This document shows positions 63,110-64,000 of a stretch of DNA of 64,000 nt, piece by piece. The notes under the pieces were generated by a model. That model was not told where the DNA came from, did no database searches, and saw only the letters and a list, made by a program, of their open reading frames with translations. The translations under genes were made by a program, and so were the position numbers. How positions within the stretch are numbered: position 1 is the first letter of the stretch; every line of letters starts with the position of its first letter. The DNA is from Octopus sinensis (lineage: Eukaryota). The stretch lies in NCBI RefSeq assembly GCF_006345805.1, contig NC_043011.1:47690464-47754463 (forward strand), read 5' to 3'.

Positions 63110-64000
63110 CTTTGGCTGAGCTATTGTAGAAGACACTTGCTCAAGGTACCATACAGTGAAACGGAACCCAGGTGATTAGGAAGTGAACTTCTGACCACAG
63201 GGTCATGCTTGTACCTATTCTTTTATTTGTTTCAGTCATTAAAATGTGACCATGCTGGGGCATTACCTTGATTTTTCTTTTAGTTGAATGGATCCCCCCC
63301 CCCAGTGCTTATATTTTCAGTCAGGTACTTATTTCACCAGTCTCTGTTACTGAACAGCTAAGTTACAAGGACATAAAAATACCAACACTGGTTGTCAAGC
63401 AGTTGTGGGGGACTAACACAGATACAAAGGCACACACATGTAGGGATATACACACACATATATACATTTACTCTCATACTTGTTTCAGTCACTTGACTGT
63501 GGCCATGCTGGAGCACTGCCTTTAGTTGAGCAAATCGACCCCAGGACTTATTCTTTGTAAGCCTAGTACTTATTCTATCGGTCTCTTTTGTTGAACCGCT
63601 AAGTTACGGGGACATAAACACACCAGCATCAGTTGTCAAGCGATGTTGGGGGAACAAACACAGACACACAAACATATACACACACATACATATATATATA
63701 TTTATATACATATATATAATGGGCTTCTTTCAGTTTCCGTCTACCAAATCCACTCACAAGGCTTTGGTTGGCCTGAGGTTATAGTAGAAGACACTTGCCC
63801 AAGGTGCCACGCAGTGGGAATGATCCTGGAACTGAAAGAAGCCCATAAGCCCATTTCGTGGGCTTCTTTCAGTTTCCATCAACCGAATACACTTACAAGG
63901 CTTTGGTCAGCCCGAGGCTATAGTAGAAGACACTTGTCCAAGGTGTCACACAGTGGGACTGAACCCATACAGTTAGGAAGTAAACTTCTGATCACACAGC
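63110..64000 (-). mobile_element. Cluster of SINE family 1 copies and fragments
   Basis: Near-full copy 63470-63830 plus partials at 63115-63430 and 63857-64000. Confidence 0.85.

Overview
AT-rich, repeat-saturated eukaryotic DNA. The repeat families and (TA)n/(CA)n/(TAA)n load look like an octopod cephalopod genome, an inference from memory that I have not verified. No long protein-coding ORF is present; nearly all tracked ORFs are microsatellite or SINE artefacts. Contents: three tRNA-derived SINE families in many copies; 5'-truncated RTE, CR1/L2-like and R4/Dong-like LINE remnants; a dead mariner holding four nested insertions; hAT, TTAA-CCC, Tc1/mariner and Helitron-like MITEs; a 5'-truncated tRNA-Glu fused to a LINE tail; and a few weak candidate exons of an unidentified plus-strand gene. 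The strongest signal is a set of Penelope-type minimal hammerhead ribozyme (HHR) motifs from three unrelated repeat families: one with a fully intact core (46248-46346, minus strand), one in the tail of a tRNA-headed SINE-like element that forms a head-to-head inverted dimer inside a single 13-bp TSD (13345-13869), and one variant in a similar inverted structure (47423-47615).
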